A stretch of DNA of 53,257 bases from a virus (IMGVR_UViG_3300030376_008154:1-53257), one strand, 5' to 3'. Counted from the first letter of the stretch, positions 1-9,120 are shown. Numbers and translations are program-made. The notes: generated from the sequence alone by a model not told the origin.

Positions 1-117
1 CATTACATTTACGCAGTTATACCAGGTGGTGGAAGTGGAGCTTCCTCTTATGCACCAATCTTGTATGTTGCTGACTTAGAAAATCCAAATAACTTCAAAA
101 AGAAGTTACAACCTTAA
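1..117 (+). CDS. 3' end of a gene truncated by the window edge, possibly another pilin-like protein
   Basis: Frame 1 is open from base 1: HYIYAVIPGGGSGASSYAPILYVADLENPNNFKKKLQP-TAA. It lies directly upstream of the pilin genes; the pilin guess rests on position only. Confidence 0.6.
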   Translation, partial: HYIYAVIPGGGSGASSYAPILYVADLENPNNFKKKLQP

Positions 118-145
118 AATCAGACTCGAAAGAGCGGAGAAAATC

Positions 146-571
146 ATGAAGAACAATAAAGGATTTACACTTATTGAATTAATTATGGTTACGATTATAT
201 TAGGTATACTAGCAGCTGTTGCTATTCCAAGATATATGACTACTGTGACAAAAGCAGAAGAAGCAGCTGAAGATGCAGTTATTAATGCTATCAAAGCTGG
301 TTTAGAAACTTATGCCGTAGAACAACTTATGGATTCAGGTCGTAAGACATGGCCTACTAACCCATGGGAGTCATTAGATACAAAACCTACTGGATACACT
401 ACAGATGCTACTGATGCAGATGTTGATGGAGAATGGACATACAATACCACTTCTAAGAAAATCACACATCAGCGTAATGATAACTCTCGTGTGGGTTGGC
501 TATATGATGAGGGTACACAGACAGGAGATAATGCTTCTGTTGGTACACTTGGTGCAAGAGCTAATCTATAG
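146..571 (+). CDS. Type IV pilin/pseudopilin-like protein (prepilin N-terminal cleavage/methylation domain)
   Basis: MKNNKG|FTLIELIMVTIILGILAAVAIPRY is a class III signal peptide with G-1, F+1, E+5 and a hydrophobic helix; GGAG RBS upstream. Confidence 0.93.
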   Translation: MKNNKGFTLIELIMVTIILGILAAVAIPRYMTTVTKAEEAAEDAVINAIKAGLETYAVEQLMDSGRKTWPTNPWESLDTKPTGYTTDATDADVDGEWTYNTTSKKITHQRNDNSRVGWLYDEGTQTGDNASVGTLGARANL

Positions 572-582
572 GAGTTACATCA

Positions 583-1023
583 ATGAAAAACTCTAAGGGG
601 TTTACTCTGATAGAGTTAGTAGTAACTATTGCTTTGGTGGGGATACTTGTTGGTTCGGTTATCCCCACTTTTTTTAGTACGGTGAACAAAACTCAATCAT
701 CAGTAAATGTATCAAATATGGTAATTATAAAACAATCATTCATGCAATATTATTATGATAATCATATGATAGGTAATCCACATTTCCCCCAAGTACCACA
801 GGATAGTTTGATGGATGATGTGTACAGGCAAATAATATTAGAAGATGGTAGAACTCCAGATATGTTGTTTAGTGGAGATTTACCTTATAATACAAATCAA
901 AAACCTTATATTTATTATTGGGAAAGCGATACAACAAATGGGTATGTTACTAAGCGTATCGTAATTAAAGATGGTGATTCAGATAGTCCCTCGTATAATC
1001 AAATAGTTATAGGAGAGATTTGA
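583..1023 (+). CDS. Type IV pilin/pseudopilin-like protein
   Basis: MKNSKG|FTLIELVVTIALVGILVGSVIP class III signal peptide; AGGAG RBS. Confidence 0.9.
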   Translation: MKNSKGFTLIELVVTIALVGILVGSVIPTFFSTVNKTQSSVNVSNMVIIKQSFMQYYYDNHMIGNPHFPQVPQDSLMDDVYRQIILEDGRTPDMLFSGDLPYNTNQKPYIYYWESDTTNGYVTKRIVIKDGDSDSPSYNQIVIGEI

Positions 1024-1151
1024 TGAGTAAAGATTTATTAGGTATTCTTATTGCTACTTTGATTGCTTGTGTGATATGGGAACTTGATGAAAGACAAGTA
1101 GTAAAAAAGCATAAGAAGAAAAAACGAATAGAACAACAGGAAAAGAAATGA
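1023..1151 (+). CDS. Small single-TM protein (42 aa), below the ORF-track cutoff
   Basis: MSKDLLGILIATLIACVIWELDERQVVKKHKKKKRIEQQEKK; TGATG overlap with the previous stop and ATGA overlap with the next start. Confidence 0.6.
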   Translation: MSKDLLGILIATLIACVIWELDERQVVKKHKKKKRIEQQEKK

Positions 1152-1546
1152 ATAGTAAAGGTTTCACATTGATAGAAATATTAGTTGTGATTCTTTTGAT
1201 TGGTATAATGAGTGCAGTAGCAATACCGAGATTTGAAAAAAGGATAGAGTTAGAAGAACTAAAGTATGAAAAAGAATTCACATATACACTATGGAAAGAG
1301 TTAGAGGTATATGCAAAAGAACAAGAAGAATTAATAGGTCAAGAAAGTTGGCCCATACATCCACTATCTGTTTTAGGTAGAACAAGAAATGTAATAGTAA
1401 CTTACGAATTAGGAATACCTGATGAAGATAATGAGTGGCAATTTGATGGAACTAAACTATACCATAGGAGAATGAATAATGAGATTTGGTACTTTACTTA
1501 CATACCTAGTAATTTCTATTTGTCTGAACTTCCAATTAAGTTATAG
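1148..1546 (+). CDS. Type IV pilin/pseudopilin-like protein
   Basis: MNSKG|FTLIEILVVILLIGIMSAVAIPRF class III signal peptide; C-terminal domain resembles that of 146..571. Confidence 0.9.
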   Translation: MNSKGFTLIEILVVILLIGIMSAVAIPRFEKRIELEELKYEKEFTYTLWKELEVYAKEQEELIGQESWPIHPLSVLGRTRNVIVTYELGIPDEDNEWQFDGTKLYHRRMNNEIWYFTYIPSNFYLSELPIKL

Positions 1547-1874
1547 TCAAGACGAAGAAGATATACCTGAATTGGATTTAGATGCAATGTGGGAAAACAC
1601 CGTATGGGAAGAAATTCAAGATGTAACTTCTGTAGAATATGAAGTAGAAAAGGTAACTCAAGTTGCTGGTGTTCGTGGAGCAGAAGCAGAGGATGAAGCA
1701 CTTGCATTGTTATATTATAGAAAGAGTATGAAGGGTTTATCCCTTTTAGATTTAAATAAAGCATATGGTAAATTAATACTGAAAAAGGAAGTAATGTTAA
1801 AAAAAGGTATTGATACTAAGAAAATAGATGGATACTTAATTACATTAAAAAAACAAATTCAAAAAAAGTCTTGA
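1479..1874 (+). CDS. Secreted hypothetical protein with a TQVAGVRG motif
   Basis: N-terminal signal-peptide-like segment, acidic N-half, basic C-half; overlaps the last pilin gene. Confidence 0.65.
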   Translation: MRFGTLLTYLVISICLNFQLSYSQDEEDIPELDLDAMWENTVWEEIQDVTSVEYEVEKVTQVAGVRGAEAEDEALALLYYRKSMKGLSLLDLNKAYGKLILKKEVMLKKGIDTKKIDGYLITLKKQIQKKS

Positions 1875-1900
1875 CTCGTATTGCATTTATTTCTTAGCTT
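1871..1900 (+). promoter_or_regulatory. Class-I (early-type) sigma70-like promoter, copy 1
   Basis: A-tract, then TTGACT-N18-TAGCTT; one of five similar copies. Confidence 0.8.
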
Positions 1901-1906
1901 TACTAT

Positions 1907-2431
1907 ATGAATAAATGTAAAAAATGTAGTGTTGAGATTCCAGCCCACAGAATACATCTTGGGTATTCGGAATGTGTTGAATGTTCTACAGTAAAAAAAT
2001 ATGTCTCACATACTATATATCCACATAAAACAGGTGCATGGATACAACCAGTTTCAGAAGAACAATCAGAAAATCTCAATAGATTAGATAGAAGAGGCGT
2101 TGGTGGTTCTAAAAAAGCAAAGGGTGTATTTTCAGATAAAAGTTGGGATAGATTTTTAAAAAACTATCTTAATCCAAAACCACCTAGAAAGAAACACAAA
2201 CCAAAGCCTGTTGTAAACATTTACATTCCAATAAAAGAAGCAATGCAGAAAGTTATCAATGAATTCGATAGTTATGGATATGAATCTGCTTGTCAACTTA
2301 CACAATCATTATATTCTGAAGATAAAATTAGTCTTGTTAACAAATCAAAAATCATAAATGAATTATCAAGCTTACAGATGATGACATCTAAACAAAGAAA
2401 ATTTATGAAAAAACTTCAAAAAAGTACTTGA
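1907..2431 (+). CDS. Hypothetical protein with N-terminal Zn finger (DksA/TraR C4-like spacing)
   Basis: CKKC-x(17)-CVEC at the N-terminus. Confidence 0.6.
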   Translation: MNKCKKCSVEIPAHRIHLGYSECVECSTVKKYVSHTIYPHKTGAWIQPVSEEQSENLNRLDRRGVGGSKKAKGVFSDKSWDRFLKNYLNPKPPRKKHKPKPVVNIYIPIKEAMQKVINEFDSYGYESACQLTQSLYSEDKISLVNKSKIINELSSLQMMTSKQRKFMKKLQKST

Positions 2432-2457
2432 CTTTTATGCAATTTTATTCGTAGCTT
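2428..2457 (+). promoter_or_regulatory. Class-I promoter, copy 2
   Basis: TTGACT-tttatgcaattttattcg-TAGCTT. Confidence 0.8.
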
Positions 2458-2480
2458 TATATATCAATTAAAGGAAATAT

Positions 2481-4502
2481 ATGACAAAGATAAAACACAA
2501 TTTCAATCCAATGGCTCTCAGAGAAAAACACTCTATTGCCGGTAGGACTAATAACTATTCTTCTTTTTGGTTAAATGATGGATGGGATAATACCGGTTCT
2601 ATTTTTGATGAAGAAGAGAAGAAAAAAGGTGTGGATTTAATCGCACTGGCTTCTTATCGTAGGGCTATTAGTAATTTCGTTTCTATCGTTACCGGTGAGT
2701 CTGATATCAAAGTTACTTTCAATACTTCTGGTGATAGTTATACTGATGGTAAAAAAGTTACTATCTCATCTAAGTTAGATGATAAACTATTTGATAGTAC
2801 TGTTGGTTTGGCTTTACATGAAGGTTCTCATATTAAACTTTCAGATTTTGATTTTCTTAGAAATCTCACTTCTCATTTACCTGATGATTTACAAACACTA
2901 TATAATGATAAGGTAAAGGACGGTTCTTTCTTAGCAAACATCAAAAATTTACTCAATTATGTAGAGGATAGAAGAATTGATTATTTTGTTTTTTCTAATT
3001 CACCTGGTTATAAAGGGTATTATCATTCTATGTATGATAAATATTTTCATTCTAAAGTAATTGATAAAGCTCTTCAAACTGATGAGTACACTTCTTTGGA
3101 CTGGGATTCTTATATGTTTAGAATCATCAATCTTACAAATAAGAATTCAGATTTAGATGCACTTCCTGGTTTAAGAGAAATTTATAATACTATCTTTAGT
3201 AAGGTTAAAACTCTTTCTTCAACTAGAGAAGCTTTTTACATCTCGTGTAAGGTTATGAAAGTTATTTTGAATAACATCGTTGTTAAACCAGAGTCTTTAC
3301 AAGAAAATCAACCAACTCCAAGTGATGATGAAAAATCAACAGATGGTGAATCAATAAACACATCGTCAAATGGTGAAGGTGAAAGTACTGATTCTGAATC
3401 TATTGAAAAACCTAAACTATCGGATAATCAAAAGAAGCAACTTCAAAATGCAATCAAAAAGCAACAGAAGTTTATGGATGGTGATATTCAGAAAAAGAAA
3501 CTTACTAAGAAAGACAAAGCTGATATGGATGCAGTAGAAAATGCTGGAATGAATTATGTTGATGTTTCTGGTGTGACTAATGAGTGGACTGGAAAAAAAA
3601 CTCCAACTAAGGTTTTAATGGTTAATAATTTCAATAAGGCGTTGGCTGAATCTAATACAATTCGAATGATTACAAATCCAAGTTACAGATGGGCAGAAGA
3701 TTATAAAGAAGCCATTAATAAAGGTTTACAGATGGGTACTATCTTAGGTAGAAAACTTCAGGTACGTGGTGAATCTCGTGAGACTAAGTGGACTAGATTA
3801 GATAGTGGTCGTATCGATAAGAGATTAATTGCTGAGTTAGGTTTTGGTAATGAGAGGGTTTTCAACACCAGTTTTATTGAATCTTACTCAGATGCTTTTC
3901 TTCACATTTCAGTTGACGCTAGTGGTTCTATGGGCGGAGATAAGTGGACAAATACTCAAACTGCAGTAGTTGCGATTGCTAAAGCTTGTTCAATGATTAA
4001 CAATGTTGATTGTGTAATATCTTATAGAAGTACTCAATGTTCTTCTCAGCATTACAGAAATGGAAAACATCATCCTTTAATGTTAATTGCTTATGATTCT
4101 CGTAAAGATAAGATTTCAAAAGTAAAGAATCTATTTCATCTATTACAACCAGCAGGAACTACACCAGAAGGTTTATGTTTCGAAGCTATTATGAAAGAAA
4201 TTGAACCATCAACTACTGATAAGGATTCTTACTTCCTTAACTTTTCAGATGGGATGCCAATGTTTCAAAATGATGACATCAATTATAATTGGGATACGGC
4301 AATTAATCACACCGCTAAAATGGTTAAGGAAATTCGTAATCGTGGTGTTAAAATTCTTAGTTACTTCATCAGTAGTAGATATGACTCCAGTGATGAAAAG
4401 GGAACATTCACAAAAATGTACGGTTCGGATTCTGAGTTTATTAATGTAACTTCAGTTCTTCCTGTGGCTAAAACAATGAATAAGAAATTCTTACAGAAGT
4501 AA
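2481..4502 (+). CDS. Zincin-motif + VWA domain protein (CobT-like partner of a MoxR-type AAA ATPase)
   Basis: HEGSH and EDRRID in the N-domain, an acidic linker, and C-terminal MIDAS residues VDASGSM...GTT...FSDG. Confidence 0.85.
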   Translation: MTKIKHNFNPMALREKHSIAGRTNNYSSFWLNDGWDNTGSIFDEEEKKKGVDLIALASYRRAISNFVSIVTGESDIKVTFNTSGDSYTDGKKVTISSKLDDKLFDSTVGLALHEGSHIKLSDFDFLRNLTSHLPDDLQTLYNDKVKDGSFLANIKNLLNYVEDRRIDYFVFSNSPGYKGYYHSMYDKYFHSKVIDKALQTDEYTSLDWDSYMFRIINLTNKNSDLDALPGLREIYNTIFSKVKTLSSTREAFYISCKVMKVILNNIVVKPESLQENQPTPSDDEKSTDGESINTSSNGEGESTDSESIEKPKLSDNQKKQLQNAIKKQQKFMDGDIQKKKLTKKDKADMDAVENAGMNYVDVSGVTNEWTGKKTPTKVLMVNNFNKALAESNTIRMITNPSYRWAEDYKEAINKGLQMGTILGRKLQVRGESRETKWTRLDSGRIDKRLIAELGFGNERVFNTSFIESYSDAFLHISVDASGSMGGDKWTNTQTAVVAIAKACSMINNVDCVISYRSTQCSSQHYRNGKHHPLMLIAYDSRKDKISKVKNLFHLLQPAGTTPEGLCFEAIMKEIEPSTTDKDSYFLNFSDGMPMFQNDDINYNWDTAINHTAKMVKEIRNRGVKILSYFISSRYDSSDEKGTFTKMYGSDSEFINVTSVLPVAKTMNKKFLQK

Positions 4503-4678
4503 TGATTAAGTGGTTATTAAAAAAATGGTATAAGCATAGTCCGACCTGTAATTGTGGTTGGACTATGAAACCATTTGAAAGTTATACCGATAGATATCAA
4601 TGGGAATGTATATGGAAAAAATGTGGTTGGGGAGCATTTCAAGATGACCACGGTAGATTACACTGGTGGAAATCGTAA
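4502..4678 (+). CDS. Small Trp/Cys-rich Zn-ribbon-like protein (58 aa), below the ORF-track cutoff
   Basis: MIKWLLKKWYKHSPTCNCGW...WECIWKKCGW...; start overlaps the upstream stop (TAATG). Confidence 0.55.
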   Translation: MIKWLLKKWYKHSPTCNCGWTMKPFESYTDRYQWECIWKKCGWGAFQDDHGRLHWWKS

Positions 4679-4861
4679 ATGGGCTTTTTATTACATTCAA
4701 AAATGGTAAGAGATATGGTTGAAATTTTACTTACAGAATATATTGAAAAATGTAAAAAAAGTAATTCAAAAAATCATACAGAATTTGTTAAAGATTTATT
4801 TACATATTTGAGATATGGTGAATTATCAAAAAACTTTAAAAAAAATGAAAAAAGTACTTGA
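4679..4861 (+). CDS. Hypothetical protein
   Basis: 60-aa ORF abutting the previous gene; stop lies in promoter copy 3. Confidence 0.5.
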   Translation: MGFLLHSKMVRDMVEILLTEYIEKCKKSNSKNHTEFVKDLFTYLRYGELSKNFKKNEKST

Positions 4862-4887
4862 CTCATGTGCAATTTTATTCGTAGCTT
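4858..4887 (+). promoter_or_regulatory. Class-I promoter, copy 3
   Basis: TTGACT-catgtgcaattttattcg-TAGCTT. Confidence 0.8.
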
Positions 4888-4892
4888 AATGT

Positions 4893-6089
4893 ATGACTTT
4901 GAGAGATAAAACAAACAACTTAACAAAAGGAAAAAACAATATGTCAAACGTTGTTGTAAAAATAGAAATGTCGGGTAACCGATATAATGCATGGGATGCT
5001 GATGGTAATAAATTTACATCCCAAATTGGTAATGGTACAAGAAAAAGTGCCTTCCAAAAAGGTATGGCCCTTGAACAGAGGGTAAATAAAAATGGTAAAA
5101 CTTTCTGGTGGAAAGTTCCGATGTCAGTATTTGAATCTTCTACCGCACCAGTAATAGATACTACTGGTATTGACATTCCTACCGATCATGAAGAAGTTCT
5201 CAACTTCATTCATTCTTCTTATAATATTAAACCGCAAGGTTTGGTTATGAAGGAATTGAAGTGGAAGTACTTAGTACGTTCCGCTGTTCGTGGTAAGAAT
5301 ATCCTGATGACAGGTCCTGCAGGATGTGGAAAAACTATGGCTGCTAAGTCATTGGTTAATTCCCTTGACAGGCCAGACTTCTACTTCAACTTAGGAGCCA
5401 CTCAAGACCCCAGAGCTACTCTAATTGGTAATGTACACTTTGATAAAAAGAAAGGTACTTACTTCTCTGAGTCTCTTTTTGTAAAAGCTATTCAAACTCC
5501 AAATGCTGTGATTCTTTTAGATGAGATGAGCAGAGCACATCCTGATGCATGGAATATTCTAATGACAGTTTTGGATAGTGGTCAAAGATACCTCAGACTT
5601 GACGAGTCTGATGGACAAGATACAATCAATGTTGCGGAAGGCGTCACCTTCGTCGCTACTGCTAACATTGGTAATGAGTATACTTCTACCAGAGTTATGG
5701 ATAAGGCCCTAATGGATAGATTCATTGTTGTAGAAATGGATGTTCTCAATTCCGAAGAAGAACATGGGTTGTTGAACTATATGTTCCCACATGTTGATTC
5801 AGACTTATTGAAGTCTGTTGCTGAGATATCAAGCTTGACTCGTAATGAGTCAAAGTCTGAATCAGGTAGGTTGTCAAATGGAATATCAACCAGAACTTCT
5901 GTTGAAATCGCTGGTTTGTTATTCGATGGTTTCAGATTAGAAGAAGCAGCTGAAGTTACTGTCTATCCTCAGTTTTCTGATGATGGTGGACTTGAGTCTG
6001 AAAGAACTTATGTGAAACAGTTAGTTCAAAAGTATATCTCTGATGGCTCTTCTGATGACTTGTTTAATGAAGACGAATTAGAGTCTTAA
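4893..6089 (+). CDS. MoxR/CbbQ/CobS-type AAA+ ATPase (likely true start MSNVV at 4940)
   Basis: Walker A GPAGCGKT, Walker B ILLDE, sensor ATAN, Arg-finger ALMDRF, and ISTR; AAAGGA RBS before 4940. Confidence 0.92.
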   Translation: MTLRDKTNNLTKGKNNMSNVVVKIEMSGNRYNAWDADGNKFTSQIGNGTRKSAFQKGMALEQRVNKNGKTFWWKVPMSVFESSTAPVIDTTGIDIPTDHEEVLNFIHSSYNIKPQGLVMKELKWKYLVRSAVRGKNILMTGPAGCGKTMAAKSLVNSLDRPDFYFNLGATQDPRATLIGNVHFDKKKGTYFSESLFVKAIQTPNAVILLDEMSRAHPDAWNILMTVLDSGQRYLRLDESDGQDTINVAEGVTFVATANIGNEYTSTRVMDKALMDRFIVVEMDVLNSEEEHGLLNYMFPHVDSDLLKSVAEISSLTRNESKSESGRLSNGISTRTSVEIAGLLFDGFRLEEAAEVTVYPQFSDDGGLESERTYVKQLVQKYISDGSSDDLFNEDELES

Positions 6090-6118
6090 TTCTCTCAGAT
6101 ACCATAATGGTGTCTAAT

Positions 6119-6150
6119 GGGGGTCGGGTTTTTCCTTTTTCCTGGCCCCC
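6119..6150 (+). terminator. GC-rich hairpin after the AAA gene (terminator or RNA stabiliser)
   Basis: GGGGGTCGGG pairs with CCTGGCCCCC around a 12-nt pyrimidine loop; no U-tract follows. Confidence 0.5.
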
Positions 6151-6166
6151 TACTTAAATTAAAAAG

Positions 6167-6466
6167 GTGGAGATAGTAATGAAAAAAACAGCTTTTAATG
6201 ATTACGAAAGGTTTCTTGTAATCGCACATAAAACAAAAAATTTGCCCCCAAACTACACCGTATATTTACAGTATAAAGAAGTGTTAGAATTTGTCTCAGG
6301 TATTGCTGGTAGCAATAGTGATGTATTTTCTTATAAAGGTAATATTTATAATAAGAAGATAACTTCTGGTCAGGCTATGCATATATTAAATTCACATAAT
6401 AATTGCAAGTTCGACTCTAATTTAATAATTTGTGCAAATCAAATAGGTGTACAATTAGGAGGATAA
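6167..6466 (+). CDS. Hypothetical protein
   Basis: ORF in operon orientation; GGAG before the ATG at 6179 suggests that start. Confidence 0.6.
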   Translation: MEIVMKKTAFNDYERFLVIAHKTKNLPPNYTVYLQYKEVLEFVSGIAGSNSDVFSYKGNIYNKKITSGQAMHILNSHNNCKFDSNLIICANQIGVQLGG

Positions 6467-6469
6467 GTT

Positions 6470-6856
6470 ATGGGCAAGCAAGTAAAGAAACATGGATATA
6501 GTTGTAAGTTAGTTAGGGTGGTCGATGGTGACACTTGTGACGCTATGATTGATTTAGGATTTGATGTTTGGGTAAAAAATAGAATTAGATTTTATGGTGT
6601 TGATACTTGGGAAAGTAGAACACGAGATTTAGAAGAAAAAGCAAAAGGTTTAGAAGCAAAAGCTTATGTAAAAGACCTTTTAGAAAATTCTGATGATGGT
6701 AAGTTTAGTATAATATCACACGGTAGGGGTAAGTATGGTCGTGTACTCGGAGAGTTATTTGTTAAAGGACATGAGAAATCTGTTAATGAATTATTGAAAG
6801 AGAATGGACATGCATATGAATATCATGGAGAGAAGAAAAAAATATTTGGGAGTTAA
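6470..6856 (+). CDS. Staphylococcal-nuclease-like (thermonuclease) protein
   Basis: RVVDGDT, RIRFYGVDTWE, GKYGRVLG and VNELLKENGHA motifs. Confidence 0.92.
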   Translation: MGKQVKKHGYSCKLVRVVDGDTCDAMIDLGFDVWVKNRIRFYGVDTWESRTRDLEEKAKGLEAKAYVKDLLENSDDGKFSIISHGRGKYGRVLGELFVKGHEKSVNELLKENGHAYEYHGEKKKIFGS

Positions 6857-6859
6857 AAA

Positions 6860-7800
6860 ATGAGTGAAAGAGAAGAATCTGCTGTGCGGAGTCAGACTAT
6901 TCTCTTAATGATGAGGAATCATTCGAAACCACATATCATTAAAAGAGTTGTAAAAAGATTTTTGAAGTGTATGAAAAGTTGATGAAGAAGATATGCATCA
7001 ACATAAGAGAAGATAATTCTAAGTTGTCCTTACTTGAATTGAAAAGAAAAGTAGGACCACCAAAGTTAATTTTTAGAAAAAAACGATGAGGTTATAATGT
7101 CAAAAAAGAAAAAGAGTCAGTTCAATCATTACAAAAAGTGGACTACAGATGAAGGTTATTCATTCGTAGCAGAATCCAAAGAGGATGCTATAGATTACCT
7201 TAAACATATAGGACACACAAACTTAGGTAAGTTGAAAGAAGTTAAAAAGTGAAAGATAAATGTATTTACTGTAATAAGGATACTATTTATAATAGAGAAG
7301 AACATATTGATTTCAGAATAGGTTATATAGAATGTTCTGGCCAACTATGTTTAGATTGTTATGATGAAATTTATGTAGGAGTAAAAAATGCCAAAGGGAA
7401 ATATAAGCCCAGTAGAGCGACAAGTAAAAGTGATAAAAACAGAGATATCAGAAATATCTGAAAATATAAAATCAATTTATAAATTACTAAAAAGAGATTC
7501 AAAATACTCTATGTCAGTTGAAGAAAACGATAGTACTTCATTAACCTATATTAAGAAATTAGCTGATTCAATTGAAGAGGAAGGATAGGAAAAATGGTTA
7601 GAAAAAGTTACAGGCTTTTAGAAACCGTATCTACAGTTGAAGGGACGATATACAAAGGAGATATAGTTCATTTTCAAAACGAAGAAGATAACGGTGATTG
7701 GAGAGTAAAAGATACTATGGGAAAGATTTGGTATATTAAACCGCAACAACTTACTGATAATCCAGTAATTTTATCAAAAGAGAAAGAGAATGAATAATTT
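6860..7800 (+). other. Run of small hypothetical ORFs (including 6860..6982, 7097..7252, 7249..7461, 7388..7588, 7594..7797)
   Basis: Tightly packed, co-oriented 40-70 aa ORFs with overlapping starts/stops; 7249..7461 has CIYC...CLDC and 7594..7797 looks like a small SH3-type barrel. Confidence 0.6.
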
Positions 7801-7917
7801 TGAAAAAGTAATTGAAGATGTAAAAATATTTATATTAGGTGATAGAAGAGATGGTGATGATCGTAGAGTGAAAAAATCAAAACGTAAACGTACCAGAAGA
7901 AAATCAAATAGAAGGGT

Positions 7918-8415
7918 ATGAGAGAGAGACTTAAGCAATATACAGAAGTTGACATCCATAAAGTAAATTATTTTGATAACGAAGATTTATTTGAAACAAT
8001 AAAACAAAAAGCAATTACTAAAGATAAAGGTGCGTGGATGACAAGTTGGTATGAAGAATCTTTTCAGCAAATTGCTAATTACATTATGGACTATATAAAT
8101 TCTTTAGATTTTATAGGTAAGACGCCAATAGCTATTGGTCCTCAATTAGAGCATATGCATCTGTGGGGGCAAATATACAATGAGAATGATTATCAAGAAT
8201 CACACGATCACGTACCACATAATTTATCTTGGATATATTTTGTTAACACACCAAGCGGTTCTTCGTCTGTAGTATTTGAGGATTCTGATTTGGAGATACT
8301 TCCTACAAAGGGTAAGGTGTTGATATTTCCAAGCTGGGTACGACATTATGTACCACCTAATAAATGCAAGGGAAGAGCAATAATAGCAGGTAATATTAGT
8401 TATGCACGAGACTAA
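7918..8415 (+). CDS. 2OG-Fe(II) oxygenase family protein
   Basis: HDH...LSWIYFV...G.VLIFPSWVRHYV...R.IIAGN pattern. Confidence 0.85.
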   Translation: MRERLKQYTEVDIHKVNYFDNEDLFETIKQKAITKDKGAWMTSWYEESFQQIANYIMDYINSLDFIGKTPIAIGPQLEHMHLWGQIYNENDYQESHDHVPHNLSWIYFVNTPSGSSSVVFEDSDLEILPTKGKVLIFPSWVRHYVPPNKCKGRAIIAGNISYARD

Positions 8416-8433
8416 AGTATTTGGAGATTACAC

Positions 8434-8802
8434 ATGAGTAGCAAGTTAAAAGAGCTCGATAAAAGAATAGAAATATTAGAAAATAAGTTTAAAGACTTTA
8501 TGGACAATTGGGGTCCTGATGTACAACGCCGGAGAGATGAACGTGATGAACGTTGGGATGAAATGGTTAGAGTACTTACCATTCAAGAAAGACAAAAAGA
8601 AAGGGAGCAGTCAATTAAATTTGATAATAAGGGTAAATTAGTAAAAACCGATATTCATAATAATGTATATAACTCAAAAAGAATGAGTGACAAACAATAT
8701 GATTTTGCGGAAGATGTCGAAGGTGAGAAACTGATTAGCCAATATAACAGAAATAGACCATCTTCCGAACATATATCGAATGTAAATGAGATTCCTAAGT
8801 AG
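8434..8802 (+). CDS. Hypothetical protein, N-terminal coiled coil
   Basis: GGAG RBS; 122-aa ORF. Confidence 0.6.
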   Translation: MSSKLKELDKRIEILENKFKDFMDNWGPDVQRRRDERDERWDEMVRVLTIQERQKEREQSIKFDNKGKLVKTDIHNNVYNSKRMSDKQYDFAEDVEGEKLISQYNRNRPSSEHISNVNEIPK

Positions 8803-9118
8803 TTTTTTTTTACTAACTTTTATATCTTGTACAAATTCCCCAAGTGGTGCATTTGAACATAGTAATACTATATATTATCTTGATGATAAATTCCATGAAG
8901 ATATTCCAGAGGAATATATTTTTAAAGTTTGGGGATATAGAATTATAGATGCCTTAGGCAAGGAACATACTTACAGAACTAAAGTAGATATACCACATCA
9001 AAGAAAAGGTGCTGAGTGGTGTACGATTCATAGATTATGGGAAGATATTAAAGCTATGTATAATGGAAAAGAATATTGGTACTATGTATCTGTAAATAAA
9101 AGAATGAATAGGAGATAA
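8786..9118 (+). CDS. Putative lipoprotein
   Basis: MRFLSSFFLLTFIS|C lipobox-like N-terminus. Confidence 0.6.
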   Translation: MRFLSSFFLLTFISCTNSPSGAFEHSNTIYYLDDKFHEDIPEEYIFKVWGYRIIDALGKEHTYRTKVDIPHQRKGAEWCTIHRLWEDIKAMYNGKEYWYYVSVNKRMNRR

Positions 9119-9120
9119 AA

